Positions 11,511 to 23,257 of a DNA stretch of 64,000 nt are shown here, piece by piece. A program made the position numbers and the translations under genes. Every line of letters starts with the position of its first letter. The stretch's first letter is position 1. Below the pieces are notes generated by a model. The model was not told where the DNA came from. It searched no databases and saw nothing but the letters and a program-made list of their open reading frames with translations. Where the stretch lies: the NCBI GenBank assembly GCA_051599415.1, contig AP039715.1, positions 310,001 to 374,000 on the forward strand, written 5' to 3'. Origin of the DNA: Savitreella phatthalungensis. Taxonomy: Eukaryota.

Positions 11511-12716
11511 ATGCTTCTAGTAGATCTCCCTGAAGAGCTGTTGCTACAGCTCCCGGCGTATCTCCATGGGTTAGAGGACTTTGCTAGCCTGTCATCAACC
11601 TGTAAGTCATTACGACGGGCGCTTCAGGGTACTTCACGGCATACAATCCTGGACCTCGCAGCTACCGAAGCGCGCATCTTCTTCAGACCCTCCCCACACC
11701 TGCTTGTCGCTGCAATCGCCCGCGAGTTGGGAGACTGGGCCAGAAGAAATGACGAGAATGAAGCAGCGCTCGTTGAAAGCTGTCAGCAGAAAGGAATCGA
11801 TGGCCTACTGGATCTAGCTCTGACACATCCAGCTAGACCTGCAGGTCTCTCGATGTCTCAAATACACAGACTTCACAAGATACGGTACTCGACCATGTAC
11901 CACGCCACAGACCTCGTCGACAAGTGTGTAGGCGAGCAATGGTATGAGCAGGAAGGTTTCTGGGACGGTGGCGTCGACGACGCTTACACGATCAGCGCCG
12001 ACCCACCACACACCCTGCTACACCTGATCATCTACGGAGAGTTGTTTGGTCCTGACCTCGAAGCCTTCCTGAAACTAGGTGGAGGTGAAAAAGACCGTAT
12101 ACATGACACGCCACATCGTCCACTGAATTTACAGACCAGACTCGAGTTCATCAAGTACTGTCTCCCAGACTTTGCTACCTTTCAAGATGGCAGTTTTGCG
12201 CCAGAGACTCCCGGTGTAGATCCACGGAGACAGGTCGCAGCAACAGGGCCGTACGCGCCACCTGATAAAGGAGGCGTGCCACCCGCCGAGCTCAAGAATA
12301 CCAATCTCGCCCTGATCTGGGTCATCAAGAGCTCAAGATGGCGACCTCTATGGAAACGCATCAGGCAGGAAGCGGATAACGGGACTAGTTGTGGGGACTT
12401 TGCCGAGCTGAGCGACGACTGGCTACATGACGGTGGTCCAGAGCAGCAGAAAAATGGTGATCTCTGGAGACAGCACCTCTGGGAAAATATGATGCTGCTC
12501 CAAGGATTCCGCAGCCTCGAGATGCTCTCTGACGACGCAGAAGTGAGGGAACGCTGGCATGACACTATCCTTCGGTGGAGAAATCAGATTGCCACATTCG
12601 CCGACAACCCAAACAGGCCAGTCAAAGTAGGTGGCACACTCACTACACAAGAATGGCCGTTCCTGCTGGGCGACTTGCGTGTCTGCATCAGCGGCTACAT
12701 AGGCGGCTCACAGTGA
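11511..12716 (+). CDS. Putative F-box protein
   Basis: N-terminal LVDLPEELLLQLPAYL..DFASLSSTCKSLRR matches F-box consensus; rest unrecognised. Confidence 0.7.
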   Translation: MLLVDLPEELLLQLPAYLHGLEDFASLSSTCKSLRRALQGTSRHTILDLAATEARIFFRPSPHLLVAAIARELGDWARRNDENEAALVESCQQKGIDGLLDLALTHPARPAGLSMSQIHRLHKIRYSTMYHATDLVDKCVGEQWYEQEGFWDGGVDDAYTISADPPHTLLHLIIYGELFGPDLEAFLKLGGGEKDRIHDTPHRPLNLQTRLEFIKYCLPDFATFQDGSFAPETPGVDPRRQVAATGPYAPPDKGGVPPAELKNTNLALIWVIKSSRWRPLWKRIRQEADNGTSCGDFAELSDDWLHDGGPEQQKNGDLWRQHLWENMMLLQGFRSLEMLSDDAEVRERWHDTILRWRNQIATFADNPNRPVKVGGTLTTQEWPFLLGDLRVCISGYIGGSQ

Positions 12717-12940
12717 ATGATCTAGATATCCTATCTTGTTGGTCTTGCCCTATGTATGTAGGGAATCTCCACACTCTTGTAAACTGCAGCAGCAGCAGCG
12801 GCGATTGAAGCTCTATACTGCATCTTCGTATCTGTTTAGCCAACATCACACATATTCACCAGCACAAAAATTAAAGCGTGTCCATACTATTCAACCAGAC
12901 GACACAGCTCAGCTCTCGACTAAGGTCCAGACGAGAAGCC

Positions 12941-14635
12941 ATGTCTGACCAAGCAGGCGTCGACCTACCTATTCCAACTCCTCTGCCGGACGACGTAGAT
13001 GCTAATGCCTCTCACGAGCAGAACAAGAAGCATCTAGATGAAGATGAGCCTGCTCGCGGCCGAGCTTCATCCCGATCTCGCTCGCCAGCGGATGCCGAGC
13101 GACGCGTGGACGACGACGAGCGTCCGCGGCGCCCCGCCAGGGATGCCTACCCTGATGAAGACAGGCGTGAAGACCGCGGTCGGTCGCTCTCCCCGCCACG
13201 CGGACGCTCCGACCGTCGTCCAGATGCCGAAGGCGAGTCGTACCAGCCGCCAATCCGTCCATTCTCTCCGGGAGGCCGGCCACTGAAGTGCTTCGTGGGC
13301 GGACTTCCTCAGGACTGCAGACATTTCCAGCTGCGAGAGCTCTTCTCACGCTGCGGCAACGTCACCAACGTCGAGATCAAGTCCAACATCGGCTGCGGCT
13401 TCGTGGTATGTGACCTGCGAAAATCACATTCTCTATGCATCTACTGACCAAACCCTAGGAATTCGACAGCGCAGACAGCTGCGCACGCGCCTGCGACGAG
13501 CTCCACAACGAAGTCCTCATGGGTCAGAGCATCCGCGTCGAGGCTCAGCGTGCTCAGGGCGAACGCCGTGGACCTCGTGGCGATCGAGGTGGACCTCGCG
13601 GTGGCGGTGGTGGTGGTGGTTGCTTCAACTGCGGTCAGCCTGGCCACTTTGCTCGTGAATGCCACCTGCCGCCGTCGGGACCGTCCCGCGGTGGATTCCG
13701 GGGCGGGCGCGGCGGTGGTCGTGGCGGGTTCAGAGATCGCGGGTACCCGGACGATCGCTACGGTCCACCGCCGCCCCGCGAGCGCTACGACGAACCGTAC
13801 GCCAGGCAAGCGTACGCGGACGACGGCTACGGCCCGCCTCCGCCGTCGCACCGCCCTCCCAGAGACTACCCACCACGCGACCGCGAACCCTACCAGGAGT
13901 ACGATCGACTGCGTCAGAGAGACGATCGACCACCCCCGCGCGACTACCAAAACCGTCCACCACGCGACAACTACTATGGAGGACCGCCGCCACCTGCCAA
14001 CGCTCGTCATGGTATGCTCTTCCCTTACTGCTCTTGTGATTTTTGCTTGCAATCTGCTGCTCAGAGATCGCTGTGCTGGACCATCTACAGGGTGTCGAAC
14101 ATTTCGTTGGGAAGACGGCAGACTTGGCAATTGGAAGTATGCATAGTCAGGTCATTTCCCTAGGCTGGGAACGGCTCGCCACGCATACCTCCATCGCTTT
14201 GTCTGCCTGATAATTCTCTGCGTTGCTCTGCTCCCACCCTGTGGACGTCTATCGAATGGTACATGCTCAAGAGACGCTCCGTGCTATGCCAAAAGTGCAA
14301 AAGATGAAATGCCCTTCAGGACAAGATTTGCTGATCTATGTGCTTTTCTCGCTACAGGTGCTCCAAGAAACAGAAACAGATCGAGATCGCGCTCACCGCC
14401 TCCTCCGAGGGGCGGACCACCGCCGGACGACCGCTACGCTGATGCTTACCCGCCCAGGGATTCAGGTATGGTTGCTCATCCCAGCGATCGCTAGAGCTTC
14501 TTCCCAGCTGCTTGCTATGCTACGCTACATTTCCCTCTTCTTGAACCCAACGTGATACTGATATGTGCCTTTTTCAATGCTACAGGATACGACCGTTACC
14601 GTTCAGACCGTCGCGGCCCCGCTGATGACTACTAG
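12941..14635 (+). CDS. SR-like RNA-binding protein (RRM + CCHC zinc knuckle + RGG/RD/RS), 4 exons: 12941-13405, 13459-14011, 14358-14465, 14586-14635
   Basis: RNP2 CFVGGL; RNP1 GCGFV/EF restored by removing intron 13406-13458; CFNCGQPGHFAREC knuckle; RSRSRSP; GTATG donors and YAG acceptors keep the frame to TAG at 14635. Confidence 0.82.
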
Positions 14636-14732
14636 CGCCCTCCCCAAAGACCTACAGCTTCGTACAATGCCGTCCTCGCCATGGGCCTTAAAGCCCAGAG
14701 TCAACCCAATATTCATCCGCGTCTGTGTGACT

Positions 14733-15692
14733 TTATACACGCGAGATCACCTTGCCATCGTACACGAGTCTCAATACCGTATCGTCCTCCCCATTTACAT
14801 CTGCAGCCCCGTTCTCGTTGTCGTGCCCATGATCTGCATCAGTGAGTATGTCGCTTTTACGCCGCCTTCGGCGAGATACCCTGACCTGTAGGTCTCTGCC
14901 GAGCAACACGGCTGCTGCTCGATTCCAAACGATCTGTGTGAGGACTGCGGGTGGTTGCTTTGTGAGATGAGCGGTATCGACATGACGCTGGACAATGGCG
15001 TGTGCGTACGGCGTGAGCACGCCCGCCTGGACACCGACCTGTCCGCCGGTGTGGGTTGCCGGTCCGCCTGCGATCAGGAGGGCGAGCTCACCCCTGGGCT
15101 CGACCACACAGAGCGCGAGCGGCCTGTCCCTGGCGGCCTTGATGGCGTCGATGGCAGCAGCGGTGTAGTGTGACCTGGAGACCAAGACCCCCAGCACAGC
15201 ATCCGGCGGACTCGCTTCCTCTGCATCCGCAGGCAGCGCAGCCGTCTGCCCAGCAAGCTCACGCACGTACTTAGGACCCACCTTCGCCCGCTCGTTCTTG
15301 CACTGCACAGCAACCCGAACACACCGACCCCCAATCTCCCACTCCCCAGAAATATCAACACCACCATCACCAGCACGACCACACCGTCCAACCCGAAACC
15401 CGTGCAGCCGCAGCGCACTCAAGCACACCACCTCAAACCCAGTCCCACGCCACACTGTCGACCGCGTGTCGAGCCGATTGAGCAGGGTACGGTGGACGAG
15501 GGTGTCGAGCGAGTCGACGTAGGTGTCTAGGACGGCGGTGGTGGCGGGTGAGGAACTGCGTGTGCGGCGGAGGCGAGGGAGGGATTTCGCGTCAGCTTCG
15601 GGAAGGCAGGATAGAGCTGTTGTACTACTGTACCGGCAAGCGAGCGCAACAGGACGTCGGAGGATGACGCCGCCGATACACCCACATCGCAT
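14733..15692 (-). CDS. RRG7: Rrg7-like mitochondrial protein (PD-(D/E)xK restriction-endonuclease-like fold)
   Basis: STVWRGTGFE..GRAGDGGVDISGEW..VQCK..GPKYVRELAG; Arg/Ser-rich presequence-like N-terminus. Confidence 0.8.
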   Translation of the reverse strand: MRCGCIGGVILRRPVALACRYSSTTALSCLPEADAKSLPRLRRTRSSSPATTAVLDTYVDSLDTLVHRTLLNRLDTRSTVWRGTGFEVVCLSALRLHGFRVGRCGRAGDGGVDISGEWEIGGRCVRVAVQCKNERAKVGPKYVRELAGQTAALPADAEEASPPDAVLGVLVSRSHYTAAAIDAIKAARDRPLALCVVEPRGELALLIAGGPATHTGGQVGVQAGVLTPYAHAIVQRHVDTAHLTKQPPAVLTQIVWNRAAAVLLGRDLQVRVSRRRRRKSDILTDADHGHDNENGAADVNGEDDTVLRLVYDGKVISRV

Positions 15693-17084
15693 CGATCTGG
15701 CTGGACCCTTGTCACCACGGGTAGTAGGTCATCCCTGCGGCAGCTCGTCTTAGCAGCGCAAGGATGGCAGACGCGTATTTTTCATAATTTCGTGCATCGT
15801 GTTACGGGTACATACCAACAACGTAAAGACGCGTTCCACCACCAGAGCTTCATTCACGTTGAACGATGGCATGGATACCATGGTTTCTAGGTCAAGGCTG
15901 TCGACGTAGTAGTAGTGGGACGACGAGTGATTGTTTTTGAATGATGGGGAACTGGAGGCAATCGAGCGAGGAGTTCCTAGGAGTATCTGCCTGGACTACA
16001 ATGCACTACCTCCATGAACACGCAGAGAGTCATGATTTGTAAGAGAGGAAGAGAAGACGAGGATCCATCAGAAAGTGAAGAAATGTATGGTCTGCAACGT
16101 CCTCCGATTTCAAGCGATAGGACTGAGATTGTTGAGCTTGAATGTATAAGTTTATTCCTCATCTGGATCACTCATCGTTGTCTTCTTCCTGTCTGCCAAG
16201 TCACGACTTCCTGGGAGGGCAGCAGTCTGCACATCTGACACTAGAGCTTCACAATACGAGTAATTCACGGGCTGGATGATGGCAGCTGATGGAGAACTCG
16301 TGGAGAAGACATGTCATCGGAATCCCGGCCAAGGTACTCAGGTTCCGATTCCATCCTTCCAGCACGATCACTCCGTCCATGCTCGATTGCCAGACTGGTC
16401 ATCTCGACTGCAAAGTCATTTCAGGAGAGTCTAAGGGCCAACGTCTCTGAGTATTGAAGAGGTGTACTGGGAAATGTGAAGTGTACACGGAAGACGAGTG
16501 AGTCTCTGTGGTGAGCTGTACCTGAGAATTACAATCACGTGTAAATAATCCACGGATGCACGAACCCACCACTCAAATAGGCAGAGCTACAAGACAGGAC
16601 GTCACTCTCCAACTCCCATTGATCCCTTCTACAAGTCTACTCACGGAGCAAACTCACACAGCTCTCGAGTATGACTCTGTCATAGCGACAGTCTGGAACA
16701 GTCTGTGGCCTGCGCTTGTCGACCGACCTCTGGCCCGCAGGTTGAGGCTCTGATGAATCATCTATAGCTTAGCCGGATACCGCCGCCTCTGGCAAATTCC
16801 ACGCGCACCTCCTTGTCTTTACCATGTCCGGTCTCTGTTGCGTCCTCACTAGGATCACGCAGGCTGCTGCTTTTTGCTGGCTGATCCTGAACGTCTTCTC
16901 TTAGGCCGCCACGTCCCCACCCCATATAATTCCCCGGAAAACACGTGTTCGGAAATTGCCGGATCTCCCCCAAAAAGCAGTATAGGGTACAGTCTACCTC
17001 CTCAAGGCACTGTCAACCTAGAGCTCTTCTCAGAGCATCCTCCATCTGCCCTTCTTCAAGTTCTTTCTCTTCCTTCATCTCAAA

Positions 17085-19130
17085 ATGCCCGAGGAGTCAG
17101 CAGAGTCCACGCGTCAGACGTGTGCTGACCTCGAAGCGGCGCGAAAGGCAGCGTCCTTCTCCACAGATGAGCTCTCCATAGTTTATGCACGGTCAAAGCA
17201 GGTCAGAGATACGCGCCGCTGGATGATCTCGTTATTGAAAGAGGATTCAGCTTTCGCCAGAGGACCGCGCACCTTCATGTCTCGCACAGAACGCTTCCGC
17301 AACAGTTACGACCAAGCCCTTGCCTACTTTAAAATCCGCAACAAGCACGGCCTGGCCAAGATCGAGCGGGATCAGCTCCGCATCTACATTGACGACTACC
17401 TTCCCGTATGGCTGCATGATTCGATGGCCTACTCGACCGTCCAGTCACAGGCGAGTAAGCATCAGCTCGAAGATCTCGGCTGGGAGGCCAACATGCGTGA
17501 TGGTCGCTGGATCGGATGCTATGCCCAGACTGAGATTCGTCACGGTAGCAATCTCTCGCAGCTCCAGACCACAGCTACCCTGGACCTCGACACTGACGAA
17601 TGGGTCATTCACACGCCTGATCCAGCGGACGCAAAGTTCTGGATCGGTGGCTTAGGAAAGACAGCAACTCACGCCATCGTACAGGCCAAGCTCATTATCA
17701 AGGGCAAGGACCATGGCATGCATCCACTCCTTATCCAGATTCGTGACCTGCAGTCGCACAAGGTCCTGCCGAACCTAGAGATCCACGACGCAGGGCCGAA
17801 GCTCGGCAGCGAGGCCAACGATAACGGTTACATGCGATTCTTCCACTACAGAGCGCCACGCACAGCACTCTTGATGAAGAATGTTGACGTTTCTCGTGAC
17901 GGTACCTACAAGTACTTGAACCCGAGCGCACGTATCCTTGCCCGTGGCACGATGTCCCTCGTCCGCGTCTTCCTCGTCGATCTCGCCATCCACAACCTGT
18001 CGCGGGCGCTGACGATCGCCATCCGATATTCGTTTGTGCGGCGCCAAGGGTCATCCAAGACGGGATCGAACAGCCTCGAGCCAAGAATCGCAGAGTACAA
18101 GTCGATCCAGCTCAGGACGTTGCCTTGGCTGGCGGAAGTCTTCCCACTCCTATTCGCCTCGTTCTTCCTGAGAGATTTGTACAATGCGCAGCAGGACCAC
18201 ATGCGTGCCGACCCGTTCTCAAAAGACACGGCAGATCGGCTTGCAGAGCTGCACGCCTGGTCGTCTGGGTTGAAGGCGTATGCTACGGCGGTGGCGCTCG
18301 ACGGATGCAACTCGTGCAAGGAGGCGTGTGGCGGGATAGGTTACCACAAGTTTGCCGGGTTCCAATTCGTGCTGACACACCCTGCCGCTGGCGTCATCAT
18401 CGAGGGCGAGAACTGGGTGCTTCATGGAGAAACGACAAAATACCTCGTTCGCGCACTCTCGCAATCCAAGAGCCCCTTCACCGCCTACCTCACCGACACC
18501 CAGACCGCCGACCACTGGACAGCCACCACACCAGCCGACCTCAGAGACCCAGCCGTCCAGCGACACCTCCTCCAGCTCCGCGCTCGCCACCTCGTCCGCA
18601 CAGCCAAGCGACGCGCCAACCCACACATCGACCACGGCGATGCCTTTGCCGCATCCCGCGCACATACCCAGCTACTCGTCCACACCCTCTTCCACCGCCA
18701 TCTGTCAACCCTGTCCACTTTATCGCCAGCAACGCACACTGTGCTGCGCAAGCTTGGTGACCTGGCGTTTGTGTCTCAGGCACTGACGTGCCTGGGCGAG
18801 TGCTACCCTGTGTTTGCCCGTGGCGACGAGGGTGGTCGCCAGGCTGACCTGCTCCGTGACGTGCGGGACAATTTGCTCGGGGAGGTATCGACGGAGGCCG
18901 TTGGCGTGGTCGATGCATTCGACCTGGACGATTGGTACCTCGACTCCGCCATCGGTAACGCCAAGGGCGACATCTACAACCAGCTCTACACACGCATCAG
19001 GCAAGAACCACTCAACATCATCGGCAAGGGCATCGATCAAAACGGTGTCGTCATAGGCTGGCATGACACACTCCAGCAAGTCGTCGATGGCAAGATCGGA
19101 CATTTCACCGAACGCACGTCCAAGTTGTAG
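17085..19130 (+). CDS. Peroxisomal acyl-CoA oxidase
   Basis: GCYAQTE..HGSN, KFWIGGLG, IAIRYSFVRRQ, CGG.GY, EGEN catalytic Glu; C-terminal SKL (PTS1). Confidence 0.95.
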   Translation: MPEESAESTRQTCADLEAARKAASFSTDELSIVYARSKQVRDTRRWMISLLKEDSAFARGPRTFMSRTERFRNSYDQALAYFKIRNKHGLAKIERDQLRIYIDDYLPVWLHDSMAYSTVQSQASKHQLEDLGWEANMRDGRWIGCYAQTEIRHGSNLSQLQTTATLDLDTDEWVIHTPDPADAKFWIGGLGKTATHAIVQAKLIIKGKDHGMHPLLIQIRDLQSHKVLPNLEIHDAGPKLGSEANDNGYMRFFHYRAPRTALLMKNVDVSRDGTYKYLNPSARILARGTMSLVRVFLVDLAIHNLSRALTIAIRYSFVRRQGSSKTGSNSLEPRIAEYKSIQLRTLPWLAEVFPLLFASFFLRDLYNAQQDHMRADPFSKDTADRLAELHAWSSGLKAYATAVALDGCNSCKEACGGIGYHKFAGFQFVLTHPAAGVIIEGENWVLHGETTKYLVRALSQSKSPFTAYLTDTQTADHWTATTPADLRDPAVQRHLLQLRARHLVRTAKRRANPHIDHGDAFAASRAHTQLLVHTLFHRHLSTLSTLSPATHTVLRKLGDLAFVSQALTCLGECYPVFARGDEGGRQADLLRDVRDNLLGEVSTEAVGVVDAFDLDDWYLDSAIGNAKGDIYNQLYTRIRQEPLNIIGKGIDQNGVVIGWHDTLQQVVDGKIGHFTERTSKL

Positions 19131-19185
19131 CCTATTGAAGAGTATGATGAATCAAGATTGAAGAGGATAAGAAACTGTTTTTCTC

Positions 19186-20862
19186 CTAGTGACCGTGACC
19201 GTCATCTTCACGCTGAGGAGGCGGGTCAAGCTTGATCTGTGTATCGATGCGAGTGATGGCGATCGCGGCTTCGACTGCTGCCTTGAACGACTTGAGCTTG
19301 GACATGGTGGGTTCGAGGACGCCAGCAGCAAGGTTGTCCCTGACCTTGCCGTCGATCAGGTCTAGTCCGTAGTTGCGGTAGTTGCGTTTCTTGGTGTCGG
19401 AGTCGGCGGCCGACTGGGAGGCGGCGTGGTACGCTCGCAGCTTCGCAACGAGTTCCGACGAGTCCTTTGCCGCGTTGACCGCAAGTGTCTTGGGGATGAT
19501 GAGGAGGGCGTTAGCAAACTCGGCAATGGCCAGCTGCTCACGCGAGCCGAGCGTCGTAGCAAAGTTCTCGAGGTACAGCGACAGGGAAGTTTCGACGGCA
19601 CCACCACCTGGAACGACAGAGCCGCTCTCGAGGGTGCGCTTGACAACGCTGAGTGAGTCATGCAGGGATCGCTCGGTCTCGTCGAGGGCGTAGTCGTTCG
19701 GGCCCCGGAGGATGATGGATGCAGAGGAGTATGCCTTTGTGCCGCGGACGAGGATGCACTCGTCGTCGGAGATGCGTTCCTGGACGACCTCGTCTGCGTA
19801 CCCTAGCGACGACGTCTCAAACACTTCCTCGCCCTCCAGGTTCGAGAGCGTGCTGAGCAAGGTGGCACCAGTGGCTTTCGCGATCCGACGGAGATCCTCC
19901 TTCTTGCACCGCCTGACTGCCATCGCCCCGGCCTCCACGAACGTCTTGAGGACGAGGTCATCGATGCCCTTCGTGGTGAGGATCACGTTCGCGCCAGCGG
20001 CGAGAATCTTCTGCACACGCTCGACAGTCATGTCAGCCTCCCGCTTCCGGATCTTCTCCAGCTGCTCAGGGTCGTCAATCGTGATGTGCACGCCCAGCGC
20101 CATCCGCTGCTTCTGCAGGTTCATGTCCAGACACGCAATCTTGGCGCCCTGGATCCGCGTCTTCATCGCCTGCGATGCCACCGTGCAGTTCAGCGCGTAA
20201 CCCTTCACAAGCATACTCTCGCCCATTGACTTGCCGTGCGCCTTCAGGATGTTGACCGCCTTGACAGGGTACTTGACGTCGCCACGCGGGTTTACATTCT
20301 TGACTGCCTGCATCGCGTCCACCACCATGTTTGCCCAAAAGTCAGACTCAGATCCGATGATCTTTGACGACATGGACGTCTTAGCGACGTTGATAAGGCA
20401 CGATTTGCCCAAGGTCTCAACCTTGGCACTAAGTGTGGACTCCATGTACCGCATTGCCTCGCGGAGGGCAAGGCGGTACCCGGAGATGATAGTGGTCGGG
20501 TGGATCCTGTTCTTGACAAGCTCGTTTGCCCGACGAAGCAGCTCGGACGCGACAATGACAACAGAGGTCGTGCCGTCGCCAACCTCCTTGTCCTGCTGCT
20601 GTGCTAGCTCGACCAAAATTCTGCCTGCGGGATGCTCGACCTCGAGCAGGGAGAGAATGGTGGCACCATCGTTCGTCACCGTCACATCGCCAATGTCGTC
20701 CACCATCATCTTGTCAAGGCCAACAGGGCCCAGGGACGACTTGACCACATTGGCAATCGCCATAGCAGCCATCACATTCTGATCCCGTACATCCTGCCCA
20801 CTGATCTTCTCTCCACCGAGGAAGAGGCGGGAGTCACGGGGTGTATTGAACATCGTCGTCAT
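19186..20862 (-). CDS. CCT1: Chaperonin CCT/TRiC alpha subunit
   Basis: [41 protein letters not shown]. Confidence 0.97.
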   Translation of the reverse strand: MTTMFNTPRDSRLFLGGEKISGQDVRDQNVMAAMAIANVVKSSLGPVGLDKMMVDDIGDVTVTNDGATILSLLEVEHPAGRILVELAQQQDKEVGDGTTSVVIVASELLRRANELVKNRIHPTTIISGYRLALREAMRYMESTLSAKVETLGKSCLINVAKTSMSSKIIGSESDFWANMVVDAMQAVKNVNPRGDVKYPVKAVNILKAHGKSMGESMLVKGYALNCTVASQAMKTRIQGAKIACLDMNLQKQRMALGVHITIDDPEQLEKIRKREADMTVERVQKILAAGANVILTTKGIDDLVLKTFVEAGAMAVRRCKKEDLRRIAKATGATLLSTLSNLEGEEVFETSSLGYADEVVQERISDDECILVRGTKAYSSASIILRGPNDYALDETERSLHDSLSVVKRTLESGSVVPGGGAVETSLSLYLENFATTLGSREQLAIAEFANALLIIPKTLAVNAAKDSSELVAKLRAYHAASQSAADSDTKKRNYRNYGLDLIDGKVRDNLAAGVLEPTMSKLKSFKAAVEAAIAITRIDTQIKLDPPPQREDDGHGH

Positions 20863-21387
20863 GCTGTACTGTTCCCTTCTACGCCCTTCTTACTGTGCAG
20901 CGCGACTTGTCAATGTCGTCAGCCAGCTTATACTGGGTAGAGCACGATGATGAGCCTTTTGACCCGAGGAGGATTGAAGAAAGAGAAGAGAGGAGGAGGA
21001 AAGGATGGTTGAGAGTGGATGTTGGCGTGTGTGCGAGTGTGAAGCTTTCAACTTTTACGTGCTCGTGTACGCGGGCGTTTCCACACAAAATTTCCTGACA
21101 CGCATTCAATCGCCTGACAGCAGAATTTATCAGGACAGACTTGGACGACTGAGAAAAGAGAACGAACAGAAGGACGTCGCAGACGACACGCTCTCACTGA
21201 AGACGCAGCAGTCAGTCATTCTTAGGAGTCTATCATCTTCAATCTACTCTTTCTCTTCTTCTCAGCATCAGGCAGTGACAAGTGAGAGCTCTTTTTCGCA
21301 GTCATTGTCACCTTCAACGCCGTATCATAACATTCACACTCTCTCTCCTTGCTCGACTATCTACCAAATCTAGCCGTCTCTCTAGCA

Positions 21388-23205
21388 ATGAGCTCGATTG
21401 AAGAGCAGGGACTCCTTGTGCGCAAGCTGAAAGGCGATCCCGAGTATGGGCCTAGCCATCCGGACACAAAGGCTGCGATTGCAAAGCTGTTAGAACTCAA
21501 GGCTGCCGCTGCGCCGGTCAAGGAACCGAAACAGTCGAAGCCGCAGCTTGAGAAGAACGCGGTGGCTGCAGGGAAGAAGGACGGTGGTGGTGTGGGTGGT
21601 GGAAAGGATGAACCATTGCTGATTGGTATTACGGCTGAGAAGTCGCTGTCTACGTTCTCGGACTGGTACTCACAGGTGCTTGTGAAGAGCGACATGCTTG
21701 AGTACTACGACGTGAGTGGATGTTACATTTTGAAGCCGTGGTCATACACGATCTGGGAGCGCGTCCAGCGCTGGTTTGACGACGAGATCAAAAAGCTCGG
21801 TGTGGAGAACGCATCGTTCCCGCTGTTTGTGTCGTCGCGAGTGCTGCAGAAGGAAAAGGACCACATTGAGGGATTCGCACCAGAGGTTGCCTGGGTGACC
21901 AAGGCTGGCAAGAACGACCTCGAGGAGCCAATCGCCATCAGACCGACGTCTGAGACCGTCATGTACCCTTACTACGCCAAGTGGATCCAGTCACACCGCG
22001 ACCTTCCAGTTAGACTGAACCAGTGGAATTCTGTCGTCCGCTGGGAGTTCAAGACCCCACAACCTTTCCTCCGTACGAGAGAGTTCCTCTGGCAGGAAGG
22101 CCACACGGCATTCCTCACGAAGCAGGAGGCAGAGGAAGAAGTCCTCCAGATTCTCGATCTCTACTACCGCGTCTACACCGATCTACTCGCCGTCCCGATG
22201 ATCAAGGGCATCAAGACCGACAAGGAACGATTTGCTGGAGGTCTTTACACGAGCACGATCGAAGGATTTATTCCAACAACAGGCCGTGGTATCCAGTCTG
22301 CGACCTCCCACTGCCTCGGTCAGAACTTCTCTCGGATGTTTGGGATCTCTGTGGAGAACCCTGCGTGGTCTGAGATCCAGCGTAGCGGAAAGTCCTCTGG
22401 CGAGACCGATGGCTCAGGGGATGAGAAGCTGTTTGTGTGGCAGAATTCGTGGGGCCTGTCTACGCGGTGTATCGGTGTGATGGTGATGGTCCACGGTGAC
22501 AACAAGGGTCTCCAACTTCCTCCTCGTGTGGCGCACACGCAGGTCGTGATTGTGCCGTGCGGCATCACGGCCAAGACGACACCTGAAGGCAAGTCGAAAA
22601 TCATGGACGGCTGCCACCGCATCCTCCGCCTCCTCAAGGCCGCCAACATCCGCGTCAAGCTCGACGACAGAGACACCCACACCACAGGCTACAAGTTCGC
22701 AGACTGGGAACTCAAGGGCGTCCCGCTCAGAATCGAGTTCGGACCAAAGGATGCAGACAAGTCGCAAGTCCTCGTGTGCACTCGCCACGATGGCAACAAG
22801 TCCACACTTCCTCTGGCCGACGACACGCTGGCGAAAGACGTCACGGGCGTCCTCAATGCTGTCCACGACGCCATGTACGCCAAGGCCAAGGCCGAGTATG
22901 ATGACCACGTCAAGCAGATTTCCGAGTGGGAGAAGTTTGTGCCGCTGCTGGACGAGAAGAACGTGCTGCTCGTGCCGTTCTGCAAGGAGGAGAAGTGCGA
23001 GGACGCGATCAAGGACAAGTCGGCAAGGCAGGCAGTCGATGGAGACGATACGCCAGTCGACGAGAGGGCACCTTCCATGGGAGCCAAGTCCCTTTGCATT
23101 CCACTCGAGCAGCCAGAGTCAGAGCAGCAAGTCGCTCAGAGAGACTGTATCGGAGGATGCGGAATGAAGGCCAAATGCTGGACTCTCTTCGGACGATCCT
23201 ACTAG
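21388..23205 (+). CDS. Cytosolic prolyl-tRNA synthetase with N-terminal WHEP-like hairpin
   Basis: HIEGFAPEVAWVT, IRPTSET, FLRTREFLWQEGH, QNSWGLSTR, C-terminal LFGRSY. Confidence 0.96.
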   Translation: MSSIEEQGLLVRKLKGDPEYGPSHPDTKAAIAKLLELKAAAAPVKEPKQSKPQLEKNAVAAGKKDGGGVGGGKDEPLLIGITAEKSLSTFSDWYSQVLVKSDMLEYYDVSGCYILKPWSYTIWERVQRWFDDEIKKLGVENASFPLFVSSRVLQKEKDHIEGFAPEVAWVTKAGKNDLEEPIAIRPTSETVMYPYYAKWIQSHRDLPVRLNQWNSVVRWEFKTPQPFLRTREFLWQEGHTAFLTKQEAEEEVLQILDLYYRVYTDLLAVPMIKGIKTDKERFAGGLYTSTIEGFIPTTGRGIQSATSHCLGQNFSRMFGISVENPAWSEIQRSGKSSGETDGSGDEKLFVWQNSWGLSTRCIGVMVMVHGDNKGLQLPPRVAHTQVVIVPCGITAKTTPEGKSKIMDGCHRILRLLKAANIRVKLDDRDTHTTGYKFADWELKGVPLRIEFGPKDADKSQVLVCTRHDGNKSTLPLADDTLAKDVTGVLNAVHDAMYAKAKAEYDDHVKQISEWEKFVPLLDEKNVLLVPFCKEEKCEDAIKDKSARQAVDGDDTPVDERAPSMGAKSLCIPLEQPESEQQVAQRDCIGGCGMKAKCWTLFGRSY

Positions 23206-23257
23206 ATCACCTCGAAATCATTATCTTCTATTCACTTCTTCTACCTGTGTACGTGAT

